Below are positions 44,747-54,104 of a stretch of DNA of 64,000 nucleotides, piece by piece (position 1 is the stretch's first letter; the number at the start of each line of letters is the position of its first letter). The stretch covers positions 6,652 through 70,651 of the forward strand of contig JAKLIV010000004.1 in assembly GCA_022709405.1 (NCBI GenBank), read 5' to 3'. The DNA comes from Spirochaetota bacterium. GTDB taxonomy: Bacteria > Spirochaetota > UBA4802 > UBA5550. A model generated the notes under the pieces. It was given only the letters and a program-made list of their open reading frames with translations, searched no databases and had not been told where the DNA came from. Both the position numbers and the translations under genes were made by a program.

Positions 44747-46930
44747 ATGAAACGCACTATAACGATTCAAGTCATTGCAGCAGTGATAATTCTCATATAT
44801 TCTCACGCCTTCGCCGATGGATTCATCATTGTACCCAAACCGGGAAACACCGGATACCATTATCCTCTTGCGGTAACACGCCACGACGTAAAGATCGACA
44901 TCAACGACAGAGTCTGCCTGACCGAGATCGACCAGGAATTCTACAACCCGGGCAACTCAACAATAGAGGGGATATACCTTTTCCCCGTTCCTCGCGGGGC
45001 GGTCATAACACATTTCAGCATGTTGATCAACGGCATCGAAAAACAGGCAGAAACCCTCGACGCGGAAAAAGCGCGAGGGATTTACGAGAAAATCGTCAGC
45101 CAGATGCGCGACCCCGGGCTCATGGAGTACGCAGGCCAGGACCTTTTCAGGTTGAAAATATATCCGATAGAGCCTCACTCGAAAAAAAGAATTAAAATAT
45201 CATATCAGGAACCGACTGATTATCACGACGGCTACTGTTCATATATATATCCACTTGGAACCGAAAAATTCTCGTCACAGCCGATCGAGGAAATTTCAAT
45301 CTCTGCAACGATATCATCCGACAACGGAATCTCCAACGTCCTGTGCCCCGGATTCAACGCCGATATTGTCCGTAAAAATGATTCACAGATAAAGCTGAAT
45401 TACAAGGCCGGCAACATAAGACCGGATAGAGACTTCAGGCTGTACTATTCCCGCACCAAAGAACCTGTTGGAATCTCAATCATCGCAAACCCTGACGGGA
45501 CCGGCGGCGGGCATTTTCTTTTAAACATTTCTCCAGACGACACTCTGTACGGTATGGCGGCCATTCAAAAGGATGTTGTTTTCGTGGTAGATACTTCAGG
45601 CAGCATGATCGGAGAAAAGCTGGATCAGGTGAAACTCTCCCTTCGTAAATGTGTGAGCGCACTGAGACATGGCGATCATTTCCAGATCGTACGGTTCTCG
45701 ACCGAAGCTGAATCTCTTTTCAGCGGCCCTGTGGACAAGGCGAACATCCAGAAATCTTTTAAATTCATCGACAATTTCAATGCGGCGGGAGGAACCAATC
45801 TTGAGGAAGCATTGAAACTGGCCTCGGGTCAGTCCCAGTCAGGCCGTCCCCGATATATCGTTCTTCTTACCGACGGGATGCCGACAATCGGCGAGACCGA
45901 TGAGAGCATACTTATCAATAATTTCCTTTCATCATCGGGTAAATCCCGGATTTTCACCTTCGGTCTCGGCACCGGGCTGAACACGCACCTTCTCGAAGGG
46001 CTTTCCTCAAAAACAGGCGGAAGCGCGCGTTACATTACAGGGGGTGATTCTATCGAGTCGGTCATAGATAAATTTTTCAAGAAGATAAGCCTGCCGGTCA
46101 TGACGGATATTAAGGTTAAGTTCGCCGGATCTTCGAAAATTTCCGATATCGAGCCTTCATCGTTTCACGACATATTCGCGGGCGACATGATCCCGATCTA
46201 CGGTAAATACGACTCGGCAGGCAAGATCACGGTGGCCGTCGAAGGCGTTGTCGGCCAATCCAGGAAGAATTTCATCAGCACCTTCACTATCGGATACGCA
46301 GACAGAGGAGCCGACTTCGTGCCCAGAATGTGGGCGCGCACGAGAATAGCAAGTCTCATGGAAAAAATCAGGCTCGGCGGCGCCGATGAGAATTCTACAG
46401 CAGAGATCATCAAGCTCGCCCGCACCTACGGCATCATCACGCCGTATACCAGCTACCTCATACTGGAGGATGAAAATACTAAAACCGCTTCAAGCGATGG
46501 ATGGAACAATCACAGGACCCTGAGCGCAGCCCCTTCCGAAGCGATCGACATTATGAGAAAGAAAAGCCCCATTGCGCAGGGCCTCTACTCGAAGCAAGGG
46601 GATATGAGCGTTTCCTCAGCACGCGAAATCGACGAGCTCAAAGACGGTTATGCTGATCAATACGCCGTCACGTCCAGCTCATACGGGAAAAGCGATGAGA
46701 TCATTAAATCCGTTAAAATCGTCAACGGAAGGGCTTTTTATCGATCATCATGGGGATGGATTGAAGGGGTTCTTGCCGGGGAAAAACCGTTAACAACAAA
46801 AAAAATCGCATTTATGACTAAAGAGTACTTCCGCTTAATTGAAATCCATCCATGGATCGCCGGCGTGCTTTCACTGGGGAAAAATATCAGATTAAGGATC
46901 GAAAACCAGGTCCTGGAAATATATGAATAA
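44747..46930 (+). CDS. VIT + vWA domain protein
   Basis: It has a signal peptide. The VIT-like N-terminus is …VKIDINDRVCLTEIDQEFYNPGNSTIEGIYLFPVP…. The vWA MIDAS motif is in …VVFVVDTSGSMIGEKL…. AAGGAGA lies before ATG 44747. Confidence 0.8.
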   Translation: MKRTITIQVIAAVIILIYSHAFADGFIIVPKPGNTGYHYPLAVTRHDVKIDINDRVCLTEIDQEFYNPGNSTIEGIYLFPVPRGAVITHFSMLINGIEKQAETLDAEKARGIYEKIVSQMRDPGLMEYAGQDLFRLKIYPIEPHSKKRIKISYQEPTDYHDGYCSYIYPLGTEKFSSQPIEEISISATISSDNGISNVLCPGFNADIVRKNDSQIKLNYKAGNIRPDRDFRLYYSRTKEPVGISIIANPDGTGGGHFLLNISPDDTLYGMAAIQKDVVFVVDTSGSMIGEKLDQVKLSLRKCVSALRHGDHFQIVRFSTEAESLFSGPVDKANIQKSFKFIDNFNAAGGTNLEEALKLASGQSQSGRPRYIVLLTDGMPTIGETDESILINNFLSSSGKSRIFTFGLGTGLNTHLLEGLSSKTGGSARYITGGDSIESVIDKFFKKISLPVMTDIKVKFAGSSKISDIEPSSFHDIFAGDMIPIYGKYDSAGKITVAVEGVVGQSRKNFISTFTIGYADRGADFVPRMWARTRIASLMEKIRLGGADENSTAEIIKLARTYGIITPYTSYLILEDENTKTASSDGWNNHRTLSAAPSEAIDIMRKKSPIAQGLYSKQGDMSVSSAREIDELKDGYADQYAVTSSSYGKSDEIIKSVKIVNGRAFYRSSWGWIEGVLAGEKPLTTKKIAFMTKEYFRLIEIHPWIAGVLSLGKNIRLRIENQVLEIYE

Positions 46931-46985
46931 CGATTGAAATATAAAGCGCCGGTGAGGATACTGTCCCTGATACGAGGATTGAACA

Positions 46986-47693
46986 ATGATGATCGCCGAA
47001 GTAATAAAAAAAGAACTACGAATAATCGCAAGAAAAGATAAAGTTTCGGTGCTCAGCAAATTTTTCAAGACCGGCCCGGGCCAGTACGGAGAAGGAGACG
47101 TCTTCATCGGGGTGACGGTTCCCGAGCAGAGGACGATTGCGCGGAAGTTTGTTCATGCCGACATGAAAGACATCGCAACTCTTCTGGCAAGCGAAGTTCA
47201 TGAACACAGAATGACCGGGCTGCTGATTCTTGTAGAAAAATTCAAAAAATCCGACGACCTTATCCGTGGTAAAATCGTCGATTTTTACATGAGACGGGCA
47301 TCCAGAATCAACAACTGGGACCTCGTCGACCTGTCCGCCCCCAAAATCACCGGCCCATGGTTCCTTTCCAGGGATAAAACACCGTTGTACGAGTTTGCCA
47401 GATCCGGTTCGCTCTGGAAAGAACGTATCGCGATTGTATCAACCTATCACTTCATAAAAAACGGGAGTCTCGAACACACGTTCGCCATGGCCGATATTCT
47501 GATGGAGCATGAGCATGACCTTATCCACAAGGCCGTGGGCTGGATGCTCAGGGAAGCCGGAAAATCGGACCGCACCGCGCTTGAGGGATTCTTAAACGTA
47601 CGGTACAGAAAAATGCCCCGCACCATGCTCCGGTATTCAATTGAAAAATTCGAGCGCCGGGAACGTGATCTTTATCTTTCGGGAAAAGCATAA
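46986..47693 (+). CDS. DNA alkylation repair protein (AlkD/AlkC-like HEAT repeat)
   Basis: …FFKTGPGQYGEGDVFIGVTVP…NNWDLVDLSAPKI…HKAVGWMLRE… matches the DNA_alkylation family signature. Confidence 0.75.
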   Translation: MMIAEVIKKELRIIARKDKVSVLSKFFKTGPGQYGEGDVFIGVTVPEQRTIARKFVHADMKDIATLLASEVHEHRMTGLLILVEKFKKSDDLIRGKIVDFYMRRASRINNWDLVDLSAPKITGPWFLSRDKTPLYEFARSGSLWKERIAIVSTYHFIKNGSLEHTFAMADILMEHEHDLIHKAVGWMLREAGKSDRTALEGFLNVRYRKMPRTMLRYSIEKFERRERDLYLSGKA

Positions 47694-47848
47694 TACTGAT
47701 CAATACGCCTCCTTCGATTTCATGCACCCGTCATCCCCCATCGGGCCCTCTTTCGGATTATTGCTCATCCTGCAATAGCCTGTAGAAATAGAATTGACAA
47801 TCTTCGGCCCGGAAATATGTATAATCTGACCATGACCAGGTGATTAAC

Positions 47849-48616
47849 ATGAAAAAAACAGAAACTCGCCCTATTCATTCGATCGACAGGGCGATCGACC
47901 TGCTGATGCTTTTCAGCGATCGTGACACCGGACTGACCATCTCGGAGATGTCAGAAAGGCTTGGGGTTCCCAAAACTACGGTGAGAGGGATAGCCAATAC
48001 GCTCGCGAACAGAAACTTACTTGAACAGCGTGACGGTTCGGCGGAATACTCGCTTGGCGGGGCGATGTTCCTGCTCGGCATGAAGTACATGGCGATAAGC
48101 GACGTCATATCGAAATGCTCGACTTTCATGGAGCGTCTCGCTTTCAAATACCATGAATCGGTCAACGTCTGCCTCGCTGTCGGACGAACGATCATAATCG
48201 TGATGAGATACGCTCCTGACAGATCGCACATATCGCATCCGGCTGGAAGCGCGATAATCCCAACCCACGCATCGTGTTCGGGCAAGACGCTTCTGGCATT
48301 CATGAACGACGAACAGCGCGAATACATGCTTGAGAATTACAAATTTGAGGCTATCACGCCCAAAACGCTGACAACGAGGCAAGACTTTATTAAGGAAATC
48401 GATGAAGTCCGAAGGACCAGGATAAGCTTCGACAACGAAGAGTATATCCCCGGCATGGCCGGCATCGGCGGGCCGATATTCGGCGCCACCGGCTCAGCAA
48501 TAGCCGCTTTTTCGGTTTTCGGCACCGCTGAGAAGATTTATTCGTTGCAAAAGGACATTATCTCAGAAATTTTATTTACATCCGCCCAGCTTACCTCTAA
48601 ACTGAATATAGGGTAG
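47849..48616 (+). CDS. IclR-family transcriptional regulator
   Basis: The N-terminal wHTH is …SIDRAIDLLMLFSDRDTGLTISEMSERLGVPKTTVRGIANTL…. An IclR-type effector domain follows. Confidence 0.85.
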   Translation: MKKTETRPIHSIDRAIDLLMLFSDRDTGLTISEMSERLGVPKTTVRGIANTLANRNLLEQRDGSAEYSLGGAMFLLGMKYMAISDVISKCSTFMERLAFKYHESVNVCLAVGRTIIIVMRYAPDRSHISHPAGSAIIPTHASCSGKTLLAFMNDEQREYMLENYKFEAITPKTLTTRQDFIKEIDEVRRTRISFDNEEYIPGMAGIGGPIFGATGSAIAAFSVFGTAEKIYSLQKDIISEILFTSAQLTSKLNIG

Positions 48617-48622
48617 ACTGCC

Positions 48623-48808
48623 ATGGAAAAAATGAAGATCGGACAAATCCTCGTCAAGGGCGGCGTGATCAATGAAAAGCAGCTCAAGTTCGCCCTTGAA
48701 AAGCAGGAGCGCGAGGGAGGCAGGATCGGCGACATCCTGATTTCCCTGGGATTCATTACAGACAGGGAGGTCATCAAGGCGCTCACCGAGCAGGCTTCGG
48801 ATGAATAG
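48623..48808 (+). CDS. Stand-alone MshEN (T2SSE_N-type) domain protein, 61 aa
   Basis: Two 24-residue motifs, KIGQILVKGGVINEKQLKFALEKQ and RIGDILISLGFITDREVIKALTEQ, are separated by the 5 residues EREGG. This fits the published c-di-GMP-binding MshEN consensus RLGxx(L/V/I)(L/V/I)xxG(L/V/I)(L/V/I)xxxxLxxxLxxQ. Confidence 0.7.
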   Translation: MEKMKIGQILVKGGVINEKQLKFALEKQEREGGRIGDILISLGFITDREVIKALTEQASDE

Positions 48809-48856
48809 TTTTTCCTGTGCAATTAACATCATTTTCTGCCGCAAACCATTTTATTC

Positions 48857-48885
48857 TTGAAAAAATGACTCTGTCATTTTATATG
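48857..48885 (+). promoter_or_regulatory. Putative speA promoter with an embedded palindrome
   Basis: TTGAAA (48857-48862), 17-bp spacer, TATATG (48880-48885). The spacer contains ATGACtctGTCAT. Confidence 0.3.
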
Positions 48886-48972
48886 TCTCTTCCCGGAACC
48901 GGTCCCGCCCGGCCGTAATATCGAATGTCCCCTTCCTCTTCTCGGCAGGGAACATCGTGATCCTTACCTGCT

Positions 48973-50898
48973 ATGGGGGCATCCATGGTTAGAAAAGAGA
49001 TTCTTGACCGCTGGACCGTTGAAGACTCCATCGAATTGTACGGAATCAGAAACTGGGGCAAGGGATACTTCAACGTATCACCGGCCGGCGATGTGGTCAT
49101 AACCCCTTTTGACGACAAGTCGATTTCCGTAAGCATCCGGGACATTATCGACGGGATCAGAGAGCGCGGCATGGACATGCCGGTTCTGCTTCGTCTCCAG
49201 AACCTCCTCGACGCACAGATTTCCGAGCTCAACAAGGCTTTTCTCGAAGCCATCGATACCCTGAAATACAAATCGTACTACCGCGGCGTTTATCCGATAA
49301 AGGTAAACCAGCAGCAGCAGATCATCGACGAAATAACCAGATTCGGATCGAAATACCATCATGGACTCGAGGCCGGCAGCAAGGCGGAGCTGATTGCCGC
49401 AATTTCCATGCTCAAGGACCATGATTCCTACATCATATGCAACGGATACAAGGACGTCGAATTCATCGACCTGGGCCTTACCGCGGTTAAAATGGGAATC
49501 AAGTGCTTTTTCGTCATCGAAATGCCCAACGAGCTGTCACTCATCCTCGAGCGATCAGAGGAGATGAAGGTTACGCCGCTTATCGGCGTCAGGCTCAAGC
49601 TCTCTTCAAAGGCCGGTGGCCACTGGAGCGATTCGGGCGGCGACAGAAGCATTTTCGGATTGAACACCACGCAGCTCATACAGGTAATAGATACTCTGCG
49701 CGAAAAGGGCATGCTCGACTGCTTCAAGCTCCTCCACTACCATCTCGGGTCGCAGATACCGAATATACGCGACATACGCTCAGCGGTCATGGAGGCATGC
49801 CGTATTTACGTGGAGCTGGTCAAGGAAGGCGCGGCCATGGGCTATCTCGACCTCGGCGGCGGTCTTGCGGTCGACTATGACGGCTCCAAAACGAATTACA
49901 TGAACAGCATGAACTATTCGCTCATCGAATACTGCCACGACATCGTCGAGGTCATTCAGACCACCTGTGACGACAGCGGCGTCGACCATCCGGTAATCAT
50001 CACCGAATCCGGGCGCGCGACCGTCGCATACTATTCGGTCCTGCTCTTCAACTGCCTGGACAGCGCCCGCTTCGAGGCAATGCCACTGCCCGAAAACGTT
50101 GCTGAAATCGAGCACGAGCAGATCAAGAACCTTTTCGAGGTCCTGCGCTCCGTCAAACCCAAGAACGTGCAGGAGTGCTTCAACGACGCCCTTTACTACC
50201 GCGATGTAATCCACCAGCAGTTCCAGCACGGAGACATCACCCTGCGCGATCGCTCCCTCGCCGAAAAAATATTCTGGAACATCATCAACCTGATCGCCCT
50301 TGAGAAGAACAAGATGAAGCACATCCCGCCCGAACTCGAGGGAATAGACGCCGCCATAGCCGACATCTACTACTGCAATTTCAGCGTGTTCCAGTCTCTG
50401 CCCGATTCATGGGCGATAGGACAGATATTTCCCACCATGCCGGTGCACAGGCTCCACAAATATCCCTGCAGGAACGCAGTGCTGGCCGACATCACCTGCG
50501 ACTGCGACGGGAAGCTCGACCGTTTCTTCAGCGCCAACGAAATCCGCGAATGCATACCGCTGCACGAGCTGACCGATGAAGAATACTACGTAGGCGTTTT
50601 TCTCGTCGGCGCGTACCAGGAAACGCTCGGCGATCTTCACAACCTGATGGGCGACACGAACGTGGTAAGCATCAGGATCAACGAGAAGGGCGATTACGAT
50701 TTCGTCAGGGAAATCGAGGGCGACTCAGTGTCGGACGTGCTCACCTACGTCGAATATAACCCGAAACTGCTTCTCGAACAGTTCAGGGAGAAGGCCGAAA
50801 AGGCCGTTCGCGACGGACTCATCACGGTTTCTGAACGGCGCAGTATCATGAAACTCTTCGAGTCCGGTCTCAACGGTTATACGTATTTCGAAAAATAA
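48973..50898 (+). CDS. speA: Biosynthetic arginine decarboxylase
   Basis: …WTVEDSIELYGIRNWGKGYFNVSPAGDVVI…YRGVYPIKVNQQQ… is the hallmark SpeA N-terminus. Alternative start at ATG 48985. Confidence 0.9.
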   Translation: MGASMVRKEILDRWTVEDSIELYGIRNWGKGYFNVSPAGDVVITPFDDKSISVSIRDIIDGIRERGMDMPVLLRLQNLLDAQISELNKAFLEAIDTLKYKSYYRGVYPIKVNQQQQIIDEITRFGSKYHHGLEAGSKAELIAAISMLKDHDSYIICNGYKDVEFIDLGLTAVKMGIKCFFVIEMPNELSLILERSEEMKVTPLIGVRLKLSSKAGGHWSDSGGDRSIFGLNTTQLIQVIDTLREKGMLDCFKLLHYHLGSQIPNIRDIRSAVMEACRIYVELVKEGAAMGYLDLGGGLAVDYDGSKTNYMNSMNYSLIEYCHDIVEVIQTTCDDSGVDHPVIITESGRATVAYYSVLLFNCLDSARFEAMPLPENVAEIEHEQIKNLFEVLRSVKPKNVQECFNDALYYRDVIHQQFQHGDITLRDRSLAEKIFWNIINLIALEKNKMKHIPPELEGIDAAIADIYYCNFSVFQSLPDSWAIGQIFPTMPVHRLHKYPCRNAVLADITCDCDGKLDRFFSANEIRECIPLHELTDEEYYVGVFLVGAYQETLGDLHNLMGDTNVVSIRINEKGDYDFVREIEGDSVSDVLTYVEYNPKLLLEQFREKAEKAVRDGLITVSERRSIMKLFESGLNGYTYFEK

Positions 50899-50917
50899 TC
50901 ACCCGAGGGAGGTCATA

Positions 50918-52096
50918 ATGTCACGTGTATTGATAATCGGCGCCGGCGGCGTCGGACAGGTCGTTGCACACAAATGCGCTCAGGTCCCGGATGTTTTCAG
51001 CGAAATAATGCTCGCGAGCAGAACCAGGGAAAAATGCGACCGTATCGCGGCCCAGATCAAGCGGCCGATAAAGACCGCGAAGGTCGACGCCGACAACGTC
51101 AAGGAAACCGTCTCCCTCATCCAATCCTTCAAACCGAAACTCGTCATAAACGTCGCACTGCCCTACCAGGACCTGCCTATCATGGATGCATGCCTGGAAA
51201 CCGGGGTCGACTACCTCGACACAGCGAACTACGAGCCCCGCGACGAGGCCAAGTTCTGCTATAAGTGGCAGTGGGAATACCATGAGAGGTTCAAGAAAAA
51301 GGGGATCATGGCCCTTCTGGGAAGCGGATTCGATCCGGGCGTGACCAACGTGTACACCGCGTACGCGAAAAAGCACCACTTCGACGAAATCAGCGAGCTC
51401 GATATCATCGACTGCAACGCGGGAGACCACGGCAAGCCCTTCGCCACCAACTTCAATCCGGAAATAAACATCCGCGAGATAACCCAGCGCGGCAAATACT
51501 GGGAAAACGGAGCCTGGGTCGAAACCGATCCCCTGTCGGTTTCGAAAGTGTACAATTTCCCCGGCGGGATCGGAGACAAGAAAATCTACCTGCTCTACCA
51601 CGAGGAACTGGAATCGCTGGTCAAACATATCCCGACGATAAAGAGGGCGAGGTTCTGGATGACCTTCTCGGACAACTATCTGAAGCACCTCGAAGTGCTG
51701 CAGAACGTGGGGATGACCCGCATCGACCCGGTCATGTTCGAAGGCAAGGAAATCATACCGATACAGTTTCTCAAGGCGCTCCTTCCCGACCCGGCCTCCC
51801 TGGGCCCGCTGACCAGGGGCAAGACCTGCATCGGGTGCGTGGTAAAAGGCGCGAAATCCGGCAGGGAGCGTGAATACTACGTATACAACATCTGCGACCA
51901 CGAGGAGTGTTACCGGGAAGTTCAGTCTCAGGCCATTTCATACACCACCGGCGTTCCCGCCATGATCGGCGGCATGATGATACTCACCGGAGCGTGGAGG
52001 GGCGAAGGCGTGTTCAACATGGAGCAGTTCGATCCCGACCCGTTCATGGACAAACTGAACAAGCACGGACTGCCATGGCAGGAAACATTTTTCTAG
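50918..52096 (+). CDS. Carboxy(nor)spermidine dehydrogenase (saccharopine dehydrogenase family)
   Basis: …VLIIGAGGVGQVVAHK…GSGFDPGVTNVYTAYA…DCNAGDHGKPFATNFNPEINIREI…SQAISYTTGVPA… aligns by eye with Vibrio CASDH. Confidence 0.85.
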   Translation: MSRVLIIGAGGVGQVVAHKCAQVPDVFSEIMLASRTREKCDRIAAQIKRPIKTAKVDADNVKETVSLIQSFKPKLVINVALPYQDLPIMDACLETGVDYLDTANYEPRDEAKFCYKWQWEYHERFKKKGIMALLGSGFDPGVTNVYTAYAKKHHFDEISELDIIDCNAGDHGKPFATNFNPEINIREITQRGKYWENGAWVETDPLSVSKVYNFPGGIGDKKIYLLYHEELESLVKHIPTIKRARFWMTFSDNYLKHLEVLQNVGMTRIDPVMFEGKEIIPIQFLKALLPDPASLGPLTRGKTCIGCVVKGAKSGREREYYVYNICDHEECYREVQSQAISYTTGVPAMIGGMMILTGAWRGEGVFNMEQFDPDPFMDKLNKHGLPWQETFF

Positions 52097-53229
52097 GCCT
52101 TGACATCTCCCGGGTGAACACCCCCTGCTTCATCGTCGACGAGGACTCCCTGAGAAAAAACCTCGAGGTGCTCGCAGGCGTGAAGCGAAGGACCGGGTGC
52201 AGGATACTCCTCGCACTCAAGGCCTTTTCCATGTTCAGCCTGTTCCCCCTCATGCGCGATTACCTGGACGGCGTATGCGCGAGCTCGCCGCACGAGGCGC
52301 GCCTAGGCAGGGAAGAATTCGGGAAGGAAGTGCATTCCTTCGCTGCCGCGTACAGCGACGATGACTTCGCCCAAATTCTGCGCTGGTCCGATCACGTCGT
52401 GTTCAATTCCGGAAACCAGTACCGGCGCTTCAAATCCGATGTCATTTCATCGCCCAAAAAAAAATTCGGGCTGCGGGTGAACCCGGAGGTCTCCCAGGCG
52501 CCGGTTCCCATGTACGACCCATGCGGAAAACATTCACGCCTCGGCATCACCGCATCCGAGTTCGATCCTTCATGCCTTGAAGGCATATCGGGACTGCACT
52601 TTCACGCGCTGTGCGAGGAAAATTCTCCGGCGCTCGAAAAGACCCTGGCCGCGTTCGATCAGCTGTTCGGACGGCACCTTCACGGGCTCGAGTGGGTGAA
52701 TTTCGGAGGGGGCCACCATATCACCAGGGACGATTACGACATCGATCTTTTGTGCTCGCTCATAACCCGCACCGCCGAAAGATACGGCGTCGATGTCTAT
52801 ATCGAACCCGGAGAGGCGGTGGCCCTGAACGCAGGCGTGCTCGCGGCCACGGTTCTCGACGTGATCCGCAACGAGATCGACATTGCGGTCATGGACACGT
52901 CTGCGGCGGCGCACATGCCCGATGTTCTCGAAATGCCGTACCGGCCCGCTATCCCCGGCGCCGGCATGCCCGGAGAACTCCCCTACACGTACCGGCTTGC
53001 TGGGATCTCATGCCTCGCCGGAGACGTCATCGGCGATTATTCGTTCGATAAGCCGCTCAGGCCCGGAGACAGGCTGCTGTTTCTCGACATGGCGCACTAT
53101 TCCATGGTCAAGACAAACACATTCAACGGTATCGGTCTCCCCTCGATCGCGATATGCAGCACGTCAAAAAACGAAATCCGCCTCGTTCGGGAATTCGGCT
53201 ATGCGGATTTCAAGGGAAGGCTTTCATGA
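52075..53229 (+). CDS. nspC: Carboxy(nor)spermidine decarboxylase
   Basis: …TPCFIVDEDSLRKNLEVL…LLALKAFSMFSLFPLMRDYLDG…EPGEAV…SCLAGDVIG…YADFKGRLS matches the NspC pattern. The start overlaps the CASDH 3' end. Confidence 0.85.
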   Translation: MAGNIFLGLDISRVNTPCFIVDEDSLRKNLEVLAGVKRRTGCRILLALKAFSMFSLFPLMRDYLDGVCASSPHEARLGREEFGKEVHSFAAAYSDDDFAQILRWSDHVVFNSGNQYRRFKSDVISSPKKKFGLRVNPEVSQAPVPMYDPCGKHSRLGITASEFDPSCLEGISGLHFHALCEENSPALEKTLAAFDQLFGRHLHGLEWVNFGGGHHITRDDYDIDLLCSLITRTAERYGVDVYIEPGEAVALNAGVLAATVLDVIRNEIDIAVMDTSAAAHMPDVLEMPYRPAIPGAGMPGELPYTYRLAGISCLAGDVIGDYSFDKPLRPGDRLLFLDMAHYSMVKTNTFNGIGLPSIAICSTSKNEIRLVREFGYADFKGRLS

Positions 53230-54104
53230 ACATGATACGCGGCAAATATCCCCCTTTTCTGGGCTCCGAGACCGGCAACGGCCCTGCGGAATCATCGATG
53301 TTCCATGTGATTCCGGTGCCCCTCGAACGCAGCGTGTCGTACGGCGCCGGCGCCAAAAACGGACCGTCCGCCATACTCGCCGCTTCGCAGCAGCTCGAGG
53401 TGTACGACGGCCGCTCAGTTCCGGCTGAAAAGGGGATTCACACCAAAGCCCCGGTCCGGTGCGGCGGCTCCATACTTGAGATACTGGCCCGGATCACCGA
53501 ATCGGTCGCAGACAGCATCCGCAGCCGCGCCATACCGGTAGTACTCGGCGGCGAACACACGGTCACCTGCGGGGTGTTTCCGGCTTTCGCTTCCGTCTGC
53601 CGCGATTTCGGAGTGGTCCAGTTCGACGCCCACGCCGACCTGCGCGATTCTTACGAAGGCGACCCGTACAGCCACGCATCGGCCATGAAACGCGTCGTGG
53701 ATGCCGGCATCCCTCTCTTCCAGATCGGGATAAGAAGCCTTTCACCGCCCGAGGCGGATTACAGACTGAAACGGCGAATCCCCTCGCTCGATGCGGAATT
53801 GCTCGCCCGCCGCGGGATTCCCAGTAAAATTCTTCCGAAATCATTCCCTGAAAACGTCTATATCACGTTCGACATCGATGTGTTCAATCCCGCGCTCGTC
53901 CCTTCGACCGGCACCCCCGAGCCCGGGGGCATCGACTGGTACGCGGCGATGGAGCTGCTCGAAAAAATATGCGTTGAAAGGAATATCGTGGGATTCGACG
54001 TGGTGGAGCTGGCGCCGATAAATAAATTTCACGCGCCCGATTTCACTGCAGCGAGGCTGGTCTACAACCTTATGGGTTTCATCACCCGAAAACTTCGTCC
54101 CTGA
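53226..54104 (+). CDS. speB: Agmatinase (arginase family)
   Basis: Metal-ligand motifs …GGEHTVT…, …DAHADLR… and …ITFDIDVFNPA…GTPEPGG…. ATGA overlap with nspC. Confidence 0.9.
   Translation: MNMIRGKYPPFLGSETGNGPAESSMFHVIPVPLERSVSYGAGAKNGPSAILAASQQLEVYDGRSVPAEKGIHTKAPVRCGGSILEILARITESVADSIRSRAIPVVLGGEHTVTCGVFPAFASVCRDFGVVQFDAHADLRDSYEGDPYSHASAMKRVVDAGIPLFQIGIRSLSPPEADYRLKRRIPSLDAELLARRGIPSKILPKSFPENVYITFDIDVFNPALVPSTGTPEPGGIDWYAAMELLEKICVERNIVGFDVVELAPINKFHAPDFTAARLVYNLMGFITRKLRP

Noticed and set aside
47794-47825. TTGACA … TATAAT upstream of the IclR gene
   Set aside because: The spacer is 20 bp, outside the 16-19 bp range for sigma70 promoters. Not called.
50921-51901. 326-aa minus-strand ORF
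   Set aside because: It is antisense to the carboxyspermidine dehydrogenase gene, whose translation aligns convincingly with known CASDH. It is a shadow ORF.
51907-52074. N-terminal extension of the nspC ORF (track start 51907). The same applies to 44615-44746 (VIT-vWA), 38758-38856 (Big_2 lipoprotein), 32184-32297 (hisG) and 53154-53225 (speB).
   Set aside because: These extensions overlap upstream genes or lack an RBS and have R/H/S-rich junk-like sequence. Internal ATGs with an SD and proper N-termini (signal peptides, conserved starts) were used instead.
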